A DNA stretch of 64,000 bases. Origin: Nitrosopumilus sp. Lineage in GTDB: Archaea; Thermoproteota; Nitrososphaeria; Nitrososphaerales; Nitrosopumilaceae. Location of the stretch: NCBI GenBank assembly GCA_965197525.1, contig OZ240211.1, forward strand, positions 1,376,001-1,440,000, in the 5' to 3' direction. Under the pieces are notes generated by a model. It ran no database searches. It had not been told where the DNA came from and saw only the letters and a list, made by a program, of their open reading frames with translations. A program made the position numbers and the translations under genes. This document shows, one piece after another, positions 30,404-41,777 of this stretch. Within the stretch, counting starts at the first letter, position 1. Each line of letters starts with the position of its first letter.

Positions 30404-33209
30404 CAAGATCGTTTAATCTTCTTTTATCCTGTATACACTTTACATAAAATAACGATGTACCAATGATTCCTAGTGCAATTAATGGTGAGACGATCTCTGT
30501 ATACTCTAATTGAACATTACTAGTTGTAGTAGTTGTTGTAATTTGTGACACGTCAAGTGGAATCTCTGTAATTGTTACGGTTCCAATCTTATTTGCTTCT
30601 TGTTCAACAAACCATACATTGTCATTGCTATCTGATGTCATAAATTGCACAAAAGATGATTGACTTGGCACTAGAACCTCTCTTAGATCATCATTGTCTG
30701 GATCGTAGACTCCTATACTATCTACTACATGCTGTGCAAACCAGATATTACCATACCTGTCAAACGCCATACCAAATGGTAATGCATCACTATTTGGCAC
30801 TATAGTTCTCTCAAAGTTCTCAAGATTTCGATTAAATTTTGTTATTGCCAAGCCTGCATGCTCTGTAATCCAGAGGTCCCCATTCTTATCAAATGTTATG
30901 AATTCTGGAGCCTGAAGGGAGATTGTATTATTAGAAAACTGAGTAATATTTCCGTCTGCTGAATCAATAAATCCAATCTCTCCTTTTGCAGTTGTTGTAT
31001 ACCAGAGGTCCCCATTCTCATCTACTGTTAATGCAAACGGTAGTGACTCTTTATCTGGTAATACGTATTCTTCAAAGATGTCTTGTTCTGGTAGATATTT
31101 TATAATTGTATTTTTATTAATTATACTTGTCCAGACATTACCATCAAAATCCGCTTGAATATTTAGAGGAATATTCTTTATCTCTTTTGGTTCTAGCTCT
31201 GGCAGTGTTTTGGTTTTAACTTCTCCAGTGTCGATGTCAAGGTATCCTATCTGACCCACTGTTGGATTTACAAACCATACATTGTTGTTGCTATCAATTG
31301 TTAAAAATGTCGTGACACCTTCTTCTTCAAATGTATGCGGCACAAATTCTTTTGTATCAAGTACAAATTGCCATATTCTAGGAACTGCAGCATCACTTAT
31401 CCAAATAGAATTTGTCTTTTGGTGATACACTGGGAATAATGGTGCTGACGTTTCGTCTGGGAATTCATACTCTATAATACTTGTCTGAATATTTGATAAT
31501 CTTGGTTTTACATTTAAATCCATTATTATTGATTCGTTAGCGTTCTCTGTTCTTAGAATTTCTACCTCTACTTCCCATTTACCTGAAAATCCAAATATTA
31601 GTTGTCCCTGAAATTCTACTGGTTTTGCATTATCATCATCACCTTTGCCCGTTATTGCTTCCATCGGAATTTGGATTGGAGATATGTTCTTTGATGGATT
31701 TGACACCTTTACTTTGATTTCTTTCAAATCATCTACAGGTGTGCCATTAATATTGCTAGCAATTACTTGAATTGTATTATCTCCACTTGAGAACGGCATA
31801 ACCTCAATATCGTATTTTATATTTTCTGAAAATTCTACAACTTTAAATCCATAGACGTTCTCTTGTGCATCGACTTTTTGTATCTCTCCTGCAGGAAGCG
31901 TACCACTTGTAAGTAGACCGACCACTCCTAATAGTATAATCCCTAATACCACATCGACTTTTAGTGTCTTCTTTAGTTTTTTATACACAAAAATATTGCC
32001 TGATTTTAGTGCCTTTTCTGCATTTTTTTGTATTCTAAACTGCACTAATCCTCCGAATCCTATCATTATTGCAGCAATTGTAATTTTTAATATAATTAAC
32101 TGACCATAAACTGATTCAGTAATTAATCCTACATCACTTTCCAAGAACCATAACAGAGTTGGTCCCGTGATAATTACAACACCTATGGCAATAATAAACG
32201 CAATTGAGAATCTTGGAATTAGCAACAAACTCATCTTTTCTCGATTTATCTCTTTTACTTTTGACAATGTTGGCAATAACACGAAAACAAAATAAAATAT
32301 TCCTCCTATCCAGACTGCTGACACGAAATTATGTATATAATCAAGTACAACTGCAGGTGCTTGACCACTTGCAGCACCATGTCCAACAAAACTTGTTGTT
32401 ACAGTTAACAACAGGATTACTACAAGCAAAAGTATATGATCTTTTTTTGTTAAGATTTTTTTTCTATCCATCACAAACCAAATTCCTATTAATACTATAG
32501 TAATACCCATTCTGACTATCCAGAGTGTTCCAAAACTAGTTTGAATTGAATCAAATATTGTTGTCTCTAATCTTATAGTTTGTATTGCTATCATGAGAAT
32601 GTTTGATACAAAAATTAACGTCAATCCAACTCCGGTTAAAAATATAAAATTGGTGTGATAATGCGTTTGTATCTTTTCTATTTCATCTTTGATTATACGC
32701 TTGTTTTGTGTTCCCCAAATAATTAGAGATGCCATTACTGCTCCTAGCACTATTGTCTGACCTACCAATCCTAAAAATTTAGAACCTGCTTCGGGCAGCA
32801 ATATCAACTCACCACAATTATAGCATTCATCTAGAGATTCAGTGATTATGGCATTTCCCACCGCAAACACAAAAGTGTTAGGAACTAGATGACCATCTAT
32901 TTTTGATAAAACTTTTGTTGTAACTGTGTATATTCCATCATCTAATGGCGGTGTTGTAACAATAAGCGAGTTTTCATCTTCATAATACATAGTATCGTTA
33001 TAGTCAATCTGATCACCATTGTTATCAAAAACCTTAATTGTGCTAAAACTTATCTCTATGGGCTCTGATAAATATACGATTACTTTTGAAATTCCGGCTG
33101 ATGCAGATGTTGTTGAATCAGGAATAGTTTGTACTGTAAACGGATGTGCCATCGCAGATGGAGTAAATGTTAATGTTAATATCAACAAAATTATCACAAG
33201 TCCTTTCAT
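30393..33209 (-). CDS. CopC-CopD copper uptake/resistance fusion with C-terminal Vgb-lyase-like beta-propeller
   Basis: AH|PF N-terminal His, VLSKIDGH (CopC); DYIH..VSAVWIGG and RFS (CopD); repeated D.DGN.W propeller motifs. Confidence 0.8.
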   Translation of the reverse strand: MKGLVIILLILTLTFTPSAMAHPFTVQTIPDSTTSASAGISKVIVYLSEPIEISFSTIKVFDNNGDQIDYNDTMYYEDENSLIVTTPPLDDGIYTVTTKVLSKIDGHLVPNTFVFAVGNAIITESLDECYNCGELILLPEAGSKFLGLVGQTIVLGAVMASLIIWGTQNKRIIKDEIEKIQTHYHTNFIFLTGVGLTLIFVSNILMIAIQTIRLETTIFDSIQTSFGTLWIVRMGITIVLIGIWFVMDRKKILTKKDHILLLVVILLLTVTTSFVGHGAASGQAPAVVLDYIHNFVSAVWIGGIFYFVFVLLPTLSKVKEINREKMSLLLIPRFSIAFIIAIGVVIITGPTLLWFLESDVGLITESVYGQLIILKITIAAIMIGFGGLVQFRIQKNAEKALKSGNIFVYKKLKKTLKVDVVLGIILLGVVGLLTSGTLPAGEIQKVDAQENVYGFKVVEFSENIKYDIEVMPFSSGDNTIQVIASNINGTPVDDLKEIKVKVSNPSKNISPIQIPMEAITGKGDDDNAKPVEFQGQLIFGFSGKWEVEVEILRTENANESIIMDLNVKPRLSNIQTSIIEYEFPDETSAPLFPVYHQKTNSIWISDAAVPRIWQFVLDTKEFVPHTFEEEGVTTFLTIDSNNNVWFVNPTVGQIGYLDIDTGEVKTKTLPELEPKEIKNIPLNIQADFDGNVWTSIINKNTIIKYLPEQDIFEEYVLPDKESLPFALTVDENGDLWYTTTAKGEIGFIDSADGNITQFSNNTISLQAPEFITFDKNGDLWITEHAGLAITKFNRNLENFERTIVPNSDALPFGMAFDRYGNIWFAQHVVDSIGVYDPDNDDLREVLVPSQSSFVQFMTSDSNDNVWFVEQEANKIGTVTITEIPLDVSQITTTTTTSNVQLEYTEIVSPLIALGIIGTSLFYVKCIQDKRRLNDLVNS

Positions 33210-33260
33210 TTATTTTGTTGTTACTTTTGATAATTTAAACAATTTTGAATTTTTAAATTT

Positions 33261-33953
33261 ATGACATGTACCATAAAGATAATAAATATACAATATAGGA
33301 CAATGGTCATGAATCCAATAGTTCCTAGTGTTATTGTCACATTGATTCTTGTTGGAATGATATCTACATCATTTGCCCATACTACAGTAAATGTTGAGCA
33401 ATATAGGATTGAGGCAGGATGGGGAATCGAGCCTCCTATTGTTGGCATTCGAAATGATCTAGTCTTTAAAATTACCGAGCCTGGTGAGACTGAAAATTCG
33501 CACAAGGGAGTTGTTCATGCGTTTCAAAATTTAGAATCTACAGCTGTGTATGGTGGAGCTATTAAGAAAATTGATATTAGTTCTGATCCTAGACCTGGAT
33601 ACTATTTCTCACCTGTTATTCCAACCAAAACTGGTACCTATGCTGTAGAATTATCCGGAGAGATTGACGGTACCATAGTTGACATACAAATTCCTATTGA
33701 AGATGTAGAGAATACATCAATTCTAGATTTTCCTATTACAAGTGATAGTGATCAAACAGATATTTCTGCTCTCAAGAATGCAATATTGTCTTTACAGCAA
33801 GATATCTCTAAATTGGAATCAGGAGAAACGCCTGTAGCATCTAATCCTGACGGTAAGAATGGTAGTATGACATACGACTTTGCAGTCTTTGCATTATCTA
33901 TTGCAGGCGCAGCTATAATCTTGTCAATTATCGCTTTAATAAAAAGAAAATAG
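33261..33953 (+). CDS. Secreted, C-terminally anchored hypothetical protein
   Basis: Signal peptide 'SFA|HTT', short coiled coil, C-terminal TM + KRK. Confidence 0.65.
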   Translation: MTCTIKIINIQYRTMVMNPIVPSVIVTLILVGMISTSFAHTTVNVEQYRIEAGWGIEPPIVGIRNDLVFKITEPGETENSHKGVVHAFQNLESTAVYGGAIKKIDISSDPRPGYYFSPVIPTKTGTYAVELSGEIDGTIVDIQIPIEDVENTSILDFPITSDSDQTDISALKNAILSLQQDISKLESGETPVASNPDGKNGSMTYDFAVFALSIAGAAIILSIIALIKRK

Positions 33954-33966
33954 ATAAAGAGAATTC

Positions 33967-34920
33967 CTAAATTCTTGGAATCACTCTAGATTTTGCAGTT
34001 ATTGCTACAACACTTATTATTGCTACAGCTAGTACCATCATTGCAATCGTTCCAAATTCTGGAACAATCATTGCAAATTCAACTTGTTCACCAACTGGTC
34101 CTGTTTTTACTTCTTCAACACCATAGCCTTGGAATGTGACCATGATATCAACTGGATCAGAAGATTCTAGTGCTGCTGTCATGTGTTTAGCTACACCCTC
34201 GTGATTATGTACGCCTTGTTCATTTAAGACTTCTACACGATCTTGGGTAACCATTATGTCGTAGTTAACGTGGGTTTTGTCGACGTATGTAAGAACGACT
34301 TTCAATTCTTCACCTGCTGTTGGCACTGATGTCCAGACTGTGATTTCTGTACCATCACTTAACATTCCTGTTGCAGATGCATCTTTTTCCATCATCATCA
34401 TCTTATCTTTGTCGTCCCTCATCATGTCACCATGATCTTTTTCCATCGTATCGCTAGCTCTTGCTTCTTGTACTATGATCGTTCCCACCATGTGTGGATG
34501 AACAAGACAGAAGTATGGATACTCTCCAACCTCAGTTGGAGACCATTCGTATGTGGATCCAGGCAACATTATACCGGAATTAAATATTTCTCCAACAACA
34601 TCGTCTGTCAATACACCTGAATAAGATGTGTGAGTTACGTTATCGGTGTTTGAGAAAATTACTTTTCCTCCAACATCAACTGTTGCCACACTTGGAAGGA
34701 AACATCCTTCTTCAGTGTCTTCACAACCTGGCACACTAGAACCCAGTGCATTCTCAATTGTGACCTCTGAATGATCTGCAAAAGCATCTGGAACTGCTGT
34801 AATTGTACCAGATACAATAGCAAATAGTACTAACAAAGAGCAAATTGCTTTAATCTTCATTATTAATCCCACTTCTCTCACACATAAAAACTTCACTAGA
34901 ATTTCTAATAAATAACTCAA
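33967..34920 (-). CDS. Blue-copper (cupredoxin) protein with PEFG-CTERM
   Basis: N..H..(THT) and YFCLVHPHMVG type-1 Cu ligands; Met/His-rich linker; IVPEFG tail; likely start at MKIKAI. Confidence 0.85.
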   Translation of the reverse strand: MSYLLEILVKFLCVREVGLIMKIKAICSLLVLFAIVSGTITAVPDAFADHSEVTIENALGSSVPGCEDTEEGCFLPSVATVDVGGKVIFSNTDNVTHTSYSGVLTDDVVGEIFNSGIMLPGSTYEWSPTEVGEYPYFCLVHPHMVGTIIVQEARASDTMEKDHGDMMRDDKDKMMMMEKDASATGMLSDGTEITVWTSVPTAGEELKVVLTYVDKTHVNYDIMVTQDRVEVLNEQGVHNHEGVAKHMTAALESSDPVDIMVTFQGYGVEEVKTGPVGEQVEFAMIVPEFGTIAMMVLAVAIISVVAITAKSRVIPRI

Positions 34921-35023
34921 TTCTTCTTCAAATTAATACGATTTTTAGCATAATACAGAAATCCCAAGATCTGTTTTAACATTCTAGTTATGTTATAGTC
35001 TGGATCATTAACAAAGCAAACTA

Positions 35024-35944
35024 TTACAAGTTCCTAATATTATCATTTTTTCTAAATTGGTGTAATTTTATGATCCCAAACACCGGAATCCCAACATACA
35101 TTCCCATATTTAGTACAATTAGAGAAATTCCATAGCCTAACATCTCTTGTTCTGAATCAATATCTACATGATTTAACAAAGATAATGACGATAGCATTGG
35201 GGTAAGCATAATTTGTACTGCTTGTCTAAATATTGGATGCTCTCTTTCCAAGTCTGCAACTGTTGGTGAAAATGAGTAATAAAACGAATTAAATCCTGCC
35301 ATAAACGCAGTACCTGATTCTGTTGACAGAATTGTATTGTCTCTGATCTCTCTTAACTGTTGAACTTGTGGTGCTAATTCTGAACCGTATGTTGCTGTTG
35401 CAATTAGACAACCATTGTTATTGTTATTGTTACCACTACCATCATCATCATCAACTATTGCTGCAGCATCCCCAACTAGAATATCAAAAGAAACAGTTTC
35501 TGTTGGAATTGGCTGAAACAAAATTCCCTTTATTTCAAAACCCATAGTGTATACCCCTTCTCCAAGATTAAATGTAATTGGGATCTTTGCAATTCCAGCT
35601 GATGTATGTGTTAGTGGAATTGGTCCAAAAACATTCTCCCCATCTTTTGAAACTATTATAGTGTAGTCAATATGCTCTTGTGTCTTCTCTGTTTGTGGAT
35701 TGATAAAATCTACATTTATCTTAGATTGTATATTTGGTTCAATCGTATCATACGTTAGCATTACGTTTAATGTTCCTTTGTCAGTAGGTAAGATCTGTGA
35801 TTCTGCAGATACCAGACTAGTCAATGATGGGGAAATTAATAATGGAATTAATAATATAACAAATAGACTTTTCATGTTCTTACTTGCGAATTCATCAATA
35901 AAAGTTATATCTTTAAATAAAATTATTATATCTGCAAATATCAA
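35024..35944 (-). CDS. Secreted protein with CFI-box-CTERM tail
   Basis: GCLIATATYGSELAPQVQQLREIRD...FN.FYYSFSP motif followed by TM. Confidence 0.8.
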   Translation of the reverse strand: MIFADIIILFKDITFIDEFASKNMKSLFVILLIPLLISPSLTSLVSAESQILPTDKGTLNVMLTYDTIEPNIQSKINVDFINPQTEKTQEHIDYTIIVSKDGENVFGPIPLTHTSAGIAKIPITFNLGEGVYTMGFEIKGILFQPIPTETVSFDILVGDAAAIVDDDDGSGNNNNNNGCLIATATYGSELAPQVQQLREIRDNTILSTESGTAFMAGFNSFYYSFSPTVADLEREHPIFRQAVQIMLTPMLSSLSLLNHVDIDSEQEMLGYGISLIVLNMGMYVGIPVFGIIKLHQFRKNDNIRNL

Positions 35945-35979
35945 ATCAGCTTTAAATAAGGAGTTGTCGCAAATAAAGT

Positions 35980-37698
35980 ATGTCTAATAAATTTTTAATG
36001 TTTATTGCAATTATTGGAGTACTTGTAATCTCAGTTGCTACTATTCCAAATGCCTTTGCCCATGGACTAGGTGGTGATCAAGCCGAACCACTATCTTTTG
36101 GTGACACGGAAGTTACCGTTCGTACTGATCTAACTCCCTATGACATTACACTGGGTGATGTTGATGAGGTAAACATGAAGATTCGATTCTTTGATGTTAA
36201 TACTGATACCACTTTGGAGCAAGTGACATACCGAATAGAAGTATGGAAGAGCCAAGACCTACTTGCGAGAAATTTATTTTACGACGATGATGGTAGATTA
36301 GATGTCGAAATTCGTCCTCGATCTGGCTGTGACGAATCTGATCTGTGGCGATGCGTCATTTATGGCGGATCTGAACATGCTGTAGCACCAGGCGCACTTT
36401 ATGTTTTTGGTGCATCATGCGATGATGAAAATTTGGATACTTGTGCAAGACCTACAATTACTGGACCAGTCTTTGATCAGGGTGGACTGTATAATATTAG
36501 AATAGATATTGAAAGCGCAACCAGTCCCAAAACTTTACTAACTGAATTACTCAGTTATACTACATTTGTTAGTATCGCAAAAGAACAAGACTTTATAATT
36601 CAAACCGCGAATGCAGAAGAAGTGCCAATAGTCGTAAAGACATATTACGATGATGTTGAAAATTTCCATTTTGATACAACTGACAACTCTATTAATTTTG
36701 ATATGCCATTTGACTGGGATCCAAGCTACATCGATCAAGTCGAACTAGTTCATGAAGAGGTCAGAGTTCCAAAATCATTTACACCATTTGCTGAAGGTAA
36801 ACAGTTCACAGGTTATGTGAATGGTGTACAAGTTGATCAAAGAGCATTACTATCTGATCCATACAACAATAATGTAACTAATATTCTTCATTTTCTTTTA
36901 ACAAACGCTGAATTAGACAAAATTAACGAATCTCTTGGCCCTGATAACTATGAAAGTAAGATAATGAATCTAAAACTTGTTCCATCTGATGAAGTTGAGA
37001 TGATATCTGCTGATTTTTATCTTGTTGACCTAGAAAATGAACAGGTTCCAACTGACGTAACTGTTTCATATGATGGTTCATATGGTGCGGATCAAGAGAT
37101 TCCATTTGAGTTTGCATTCTTTAATGAAGATGAAAAACTAATTACCGATATAAGATATGCATACGAAGTCTTTGATGAATCCAATCAAGAGATAACACGA
37201 AGTGGATACGATGGTACAGTAACTCCGGGAATTGTAGCAACTGAAGGATTAGATGTTCAAAACATCTACATCCCATCTCAAGGTAAAATTAGAATTGATG
37301 TTCGAGTACATGGCGTTGGGTTGGATTATACTCCAAAATACTCTGGAATAGGATCAGCATTTCTAGAAATTGGCGCCGGTTCTCCTCTAGTACCACAAGA
37401 AACACCACCACCACCACAATCACCATCAATCCCTAGTTGGGTTAAGACCAATGCAGGATGGTGGGCAGATGGGGCATTAGACGATGACACCTTTATTTTG
37501 GGAATCCAGCATTTGATCAAGGAAAATATTATACAGATTCCTGAGACTGATGTTACTTTATCTGATGCAAACACAGCTACAATTCCTGACTGGGTTAAGA
37601 CCAATGCAGAATGGTGGGCAGATGGTGTCATAGACGATGACACCTTTATTTTGGCAATCCAATTTTTAGTTCAAGAGGGAATTCTGAGCGTACAGTAG
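35980..37698 (+). CDS. Thaumarchaeal secreted surface protein with two IPxWxKxNAxWW repeats
   Basis: 'AFA|HGLGGD'; FDMPFDW; Pro-rich linker; two IP(S/D)WVKTNA.WWADG units. Confidence 0.75.
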   Translation: MSNKFLMFIAIIGVLVISVATIPNAFAHGLGGDQAEPLSFGDTEVTVRTDLTPYDITLGDVDEVNMKIRFFDVNTDTTLEQVTYRIEVWKSQDLLARNLFYDDDGRLDVEIRPRSGCDESDLWRCVIYGGSEHAVAPGALYVFGASCDDENLDTCARPTITGPVFDQGGLYNIRIDIESATSPKTLLTELLSYTTFVSIAKEQDFIIQTANAEEVPIVVKTYYDDVENFHFDTTDNSINFDMPFDWDPSYIDQVELVHEEVRVPKSFTPFAEGKQFTGYVNGVQVDQRALLSDPYNNNVTNILHFLLTNAELDKINESLGPDNYESKIMNLKLVPSDEVEMISADFYLVDLENEQVPTDVTVSYDGSYGADQEIPFEFAFFNEDEKLITDIRYAYEVFDESNQEITRSGYDGTVTPGIVATEGLDVQNIYIPSQGKIRIDVRVHGVGLDYTPKYSGIGSAFLEIGAGSPLVPQETPPPPQSPSIPSWVKTNAGWWADGALDDDTFILGIQHLIKENIIQIPETDVTLSDANTATIPDWVKTNAEWWADGVIDDDTFILAIQFLVQEGILSVQ

Positions 37699-37747
37699 AT
37701 AACGCCTATGATATATTTTTAAGTCCATTCTGCTATATGATAGTAAA

Positions 37748-37954
37748 ATGAAAGATATCAATGATATAATGCCTAACATCCCGAATATGAGATGGGGAGC
37801 TTTAATGAACAAAGCACCAACTAGTCATAAAGTTGAAGAGATGAATAAAATATTTCCAGCTAATGGCAAATGGCACACAGTCTTTGAAGAAAAAGATCAG
37901 ATCACAATTGATGGTAAAGAGATTCGTAAAAAAGATCCAAACAAGTGGACATAG
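37748..37954 (+). CDS. Small conserved-type hypothetical protein
   Basis: 68-aa ORF, ATG start, plausible composition. Confidence 0.6.
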   Translation: MKDINDIMPNIPNMRWGALMNKAPTSHKVEEMNKIFPANGKWHTVFEEKDQITIDGKEIRKKDPNKWT

Positions 37955-37955
37955 C

Positions 37956-39539
37956 TTGAACAGCACTTCTTTGATTATAGTTCTAATATTTTTCTGTCTA
38001 GCTGTCTTTTCATTTGATAATGATGTGTACGGTCATGGTGTAGGAAGTGAAACTTTTCCTCCTGTGGATTTGAATGGGAAACTTGTAACTTTGGAGGTCT
38101 CGTCATCTACTGAGGATAATGCAGATTCTCTTGATTCAGTTAATGACCAACAAATATCTTTTTCATTAATTGATTTTGATTCCAAGATTACTTTACGTGA
38201 TGTTACTTTTTTAATTAAATCTCATCTTGGAGAGCAATTTCTATTTGAGAAAGAGTTCAAAGCTGATAATGGATTTCTAGTCTTTAATTTCATATCTGAA
38301 GAAACTAATTCTATTATAGTTGAATCTCAAGAGAATAACGATAATTTTTTTGGTTCCTTGCTAGGATTTGAAAGCCGATTAATTGATGTCAAAGGACCAA
38401 ATCTTAACAAAGGCGGTTTATACAAATTCGATGTAAGTGTGTTAACGGCAGACGGATATTCTCAAATATTATCTACTCCACTAATGTTTGATGTAGGCAT
38501 TTCCATAGCGCAAACGACCCGGTACGATCTCGTCGACCCAAATTTTGGTGAACAAAATATCCGTGTCATAACATACTATGATGAAATTTCTAATTTTCAA
38601 TACGATTCTAGTTTAAGAGAGATTAGCTTTTCTATGCCGTTTGAATGGACCGAATCAAACATTAACCAAACATCTGTTGTTCATGAAGAGATCGTAATTC
38701 CAAAGGAATTCGGCGATCTATTGGTATCAGGTTTTAACATATACATCAATGGAATACAGTTGTCTGATGATGTTATTAATATAGATGACTTTACTGCAGA
38801 TGATAGAATAGTTCATTTTATTATATACAAAAAAGAATTGTTCAATGTCTTTGAAAATAATATAAATCCAAACAGGATGAATTTTCTAATTAAACCAGAT
38901 CGTGATGATACCCATCTAAGCTCTGTTACTGGTAACGGCCAATTTAGAATTCTTACAACTTGGGAGCCCCAAGACATTCGTTCTGATTCTAGCGTCAAGA
39001 TATTCTTTGATATTACAGATGTTTTCTTAAAGAACAAGCCTGTTGCAGTCAATTATGACTTTTCGATGACTCGTAACAATCAAATTATCTATCAGCAGAG
39101 CGGGGCAAGCAGCGATTCAAAAGACGAACATACCATTGCAGAATTTATAATTCCTAGTGGTGTATCTGGTGTTGTATATCTGAATTTTGAAAATTTAGAT
39201 GATAATAGCCACGCAAATACTGTCATTCCAATTATCGTTAACAGAGTTGAGGATAAAGTTACTATTCCCGGTTGGATTAAAAATAGTGCATTGTGGTGGT
39301 CTGAAGAACAGATTGATGATGAGACGTTTATTAGTTCAATTGAATATCTAATACAGAACAAGATAATTACTGTCTCAGCTACTATATCTGAAGATACGAA
39401 ATCCCAAACTGTTATTCCTACTTGGGTTAGAAATAACGCTGCATGGTGGGCCTCAGGTCAGATTGATGATAATACATTCATTGAGGGGTTAAAATTTTTA
39501 ATACAGCATGGAGTAATCAACATCCCTCCACATAATTAA
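37956..39539 (+). CDS. Paralogous secreted surface protein with IPxW repeats
   Basis: In frame with track ORF 37863-39539; TTG 37956 gives a signal peptide 'VYG|HGVG'; FSMPFEW; two IP.W.(K/R)N.A.WW units. Confidence 0.75.
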   Translation: MNSTSLIIVLIFFCLAVFSFDNDVYGHGVGSETFPPVDLNGKLVTLEVSSSTEDNADSLDSVNDQQISFSLIDFDSKITLRDVTFLIKSHLGEQFLFEKEFKADNGFLVFNFISEETNSIIVESQENNDNFFGSLLGFESRLIDVKGPNLNKGGLYKFDVSVLTADGYSQILSTPLMFDVGISIAQTTRYDLVDPNFGEQNIRVITYYDEISNFQYDSSLREISFSMPFEWTESNINQTSVVHEEIVIPKEFGDLLVSGFNIYINGIQLSDDVINIDDFTADDRIVHFIIYKKELFNVFENNINPNRMNFLIKPDRDDTHLSSVTGNGQFRILTTWEPQDIRSDSSVKIFFDITDVFLKNKPVAVNYDFSMTRNNQIIYQQSGASSDSKDEHTIAEFIIPSGVSGVVYLNFENLDDNSHANTVIPIIVNRVEDKVTIPGWIKNSALWWSEEQIDDETFISSIEYLIQNKIITVSATISEDTKSQTVIPTWVRNNAAWWASGQIDDNTFIEGLKFLIQHGVINIPPHN

Positions 39540-39594
39540 GCGTGCAAAGTCTGAAGAGATAATATTAAAGTAAGAATATTCATTGATATGTTAG

Positions 39595-40884
39595 TTGATG
39601 ACTAAATATTCTACGTTTTTGACAAACATGCATTCAAACGTCAATACGACATCAAAGTTTACACTATTTTACACTGTAACGATCATATTTTTTGGACTCT
39701 TCTTTATATCTCCATTATATCCGACAGCATCAGCTCAGGTCTTTATTCCATCTGATGAATATACAGGATACTTTGATGCTAATGGAATCTATACCGTAGT
39801 TGGGAATGTCAAAAATAATAACGGTTTTGCAGTAATTCCAATCATTACTATCTCTGTAATTGACGGCTCCCAAACTCTCTCCCAAACTATTACGCATGTG
39901 CCGATACCATCATATGCTGAGATTCCGTTCAAAGTAAAATTTCCAACTATGTCTTCTCATGAACCTATACTTGAAGACCCAACCATATCCTTTGAGAGAA
40001 CAATAGCAGATAAGGTTCCAATTGACGTGATATACGATAACACGTTACTGTTGCATGATGACGGTCATCTCACTGGAAGAATTCAAAATAACGGCGATCA
40101 TACTGTCTATTATCCCAAGATATTTGCAGTAGTTCATGGATATGATAAAGTCTTAGATATTGCTCAAAATATTGAATACATTGAGATGATCCGCCCCGGC
40201 GAGATAGTTGAATTCTCCATGTATCCTGATCCATCAATCACTGATGATGTATTATATTATAGCTGCTTTGGACCTGTAGATACTACTGTGGTTCCAGTAC
40301 TTGCCAAGAAGAATGGCGGTGACTTTAACTTTAGATATGATTCAGGAGCTTGGTACTCAGCTGCAACATTTGATGAAACAGGAACAATAATGACTATCCT
40401 AGGCTACAATAGTTTTCCAATTGAAACTTATGCAAATTTTGAGATTCCTCCTATATCTGGCGATGAGGAATTTTACGTCACCTTAAATGACGAACCAATT
40501 GATTTTATCCAAAGTATAGATGATCTTGGGTTCTGGCATATTGCTTTTTCAGTTGATCCTCAATCACAACATACATTGAAAATTTCAGGATTTGCGCAAG
40601 GATTACCTGTAGAATTATCAAAGATACCCGCATGGGTAAAACTCAACGCTGATTGGTGGTCTTCTGATCAGATATCTGATACTGAATTTCTTGAAGGAAT
40701 CGATTATTTATTTGAGAAAGCAATAATATATGTTCCAGTAAAAGATATCGTCCAAAAACCACAATGGGCAATCCCTGAATGGGTGAAGGTACCTTCAGAG
40801 TGGTGGTACAATGAAAAAATTTCAGATGACGAGTTTCTTGATCTCATTACGTATCTTGTAGAACAAAAGATAATCATAGTTTAG
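39595..40884 (+). CDS. Secreted surface protein with IPxW repeats
   Basis: Signal peptide; IPAWVKLNADWW and IPEWVKVPSEWW. Confidence 0.7.
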   Translation: MMTKYSTFLTNMHSNVNTTSKFTLFYTVTIIFFGLFFISPLYPTASAQVFIPSDEYTGYFDANGIYTVVGNVKNNNGFAVIPIITISVIDGSQTLSQTITHVPIPSYAEIPFKVKFPTMSSHEPILEDPTISFERTIADKVPIDVIYDNTLLLHDDGHLTGRIQNNGDHTVYYPKIFAVVHGYDKVLDIAQNIEYIEMIRPGEIVEFSMYPDPSITDDVLYYSCFGPVDTTVVPVLAKKNGGDFNFRYDSGAWYSAATFDETGTIMTILGYNSFPIETYANFEIPPISGDEEFYVTLNDEPIDFIQSIDDLGFWHIAFSVDPQSQHTLKISGFAQGLPVELSKIPAWVKLNADWWSSDQISDTEFLEGIDYLFEKAIIYVPVKDIVQKPQWAIPEWVKVPSEWWYNEKISDDEFLDLITYLVEQKIIIV

Positions 40885-40958
40885 AGAAGAGACAGATTCT
40901 GATAAATACCTAGACTCTATAAAAAATCTTATTATACAAATTTTCTTCAATAGATCGT

Positions 40959-41744
40959 ATGTTTCCCTTACGAGATGAGAATCCTACTCCTCCCGGATTC
41001 AAACCAAGAGTAACTTATGCTTTAATCATAGCTAATGTAATAGTATTTTTCTTAGAGGTTGCATATACAGGACAATTTTTTGATTTCACCAATCAGAATG
41101 CCTTTACCATGTTCTATGATTACGGCGCTGTTCCAGCTTGTGTGTCACATGATTTACAGGGAATAGATGTAAGCGATGGAATAATTATCGGACAGAACAT
41201 ACTATACTGTCCTGAATATCCTTCGCTTACCCTACTAACATCCACGTTTATGCATGGCGGTTTGATTCATCTAGGTGGTAATCTTTTGTTCCTATGGATA
41301 TTTGGCGACAACATTGAATACAAGTTTGGAAAGATAAAATATCTCGGAATCTATTTGATGTGGGGAGTTGCTGCAGGATTAATTCACATATTGGGCGATA
41401 TGAATAGCCCAGTTCCTGCAGTAGGCGCATCAGGCGCAATATCTGGCATATTAGGTGCATATCTTATCCTCTTTCCAAAAGCTAGGATTCAAACTTTCGT
41501 GATATTTGGTTTCTTTTTTAGAATGATGCACATTCAGGCACAATGGTTTTTGCCCTTTTGGTTTATCTTCCAAAATATACTTCCGTTTGTAGTTGGCGGA
41601 TTCGGTGTTGCAGGAGGCGGAGTAGCTTTCCTTGCCCATATTGGCGGATTTATAGTTGGCTTAGCTACCGGCTACCTTTACAAAATTACCCATCGCTCAA
41701 ACTTTACATATGGTACCCGATACGGCTATAGACCTGACTATTGA
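40959..41744 (+). CDS. Rhomboid intramembrane serine protease
   Basis: FMHGG..HLGGNL, VGASGAI (Ser), LAHIGG (His). Confidence 0.92.
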   Translation: MFPLRDENPTPPGFKPRVTYALIIANVIVFFLEVAYTGQFFDFTNQNAFTMFYDYGAVPACVSHDLQGIDVSDGIIIGQNILYCPEYPSLTLLTSTFMHGGLIHLGGNLLFLWIFGDNIEYKFGKIKYLGIYLMWGVAAGLIHILGDMNSPVPAVGASGAISGILGAYLILFPKARIQTFVIFGFFFRMMHIQAQWFLPFWFIFQNILPFVVGGFGVAGGGVAFLAHIGGFIVGLATGYLYKITHRSNFTYGTRYGYRPDY

Positions 41745-41777
41745 AAACATAAATCATCGATTTTCTTTACAGTTTTT

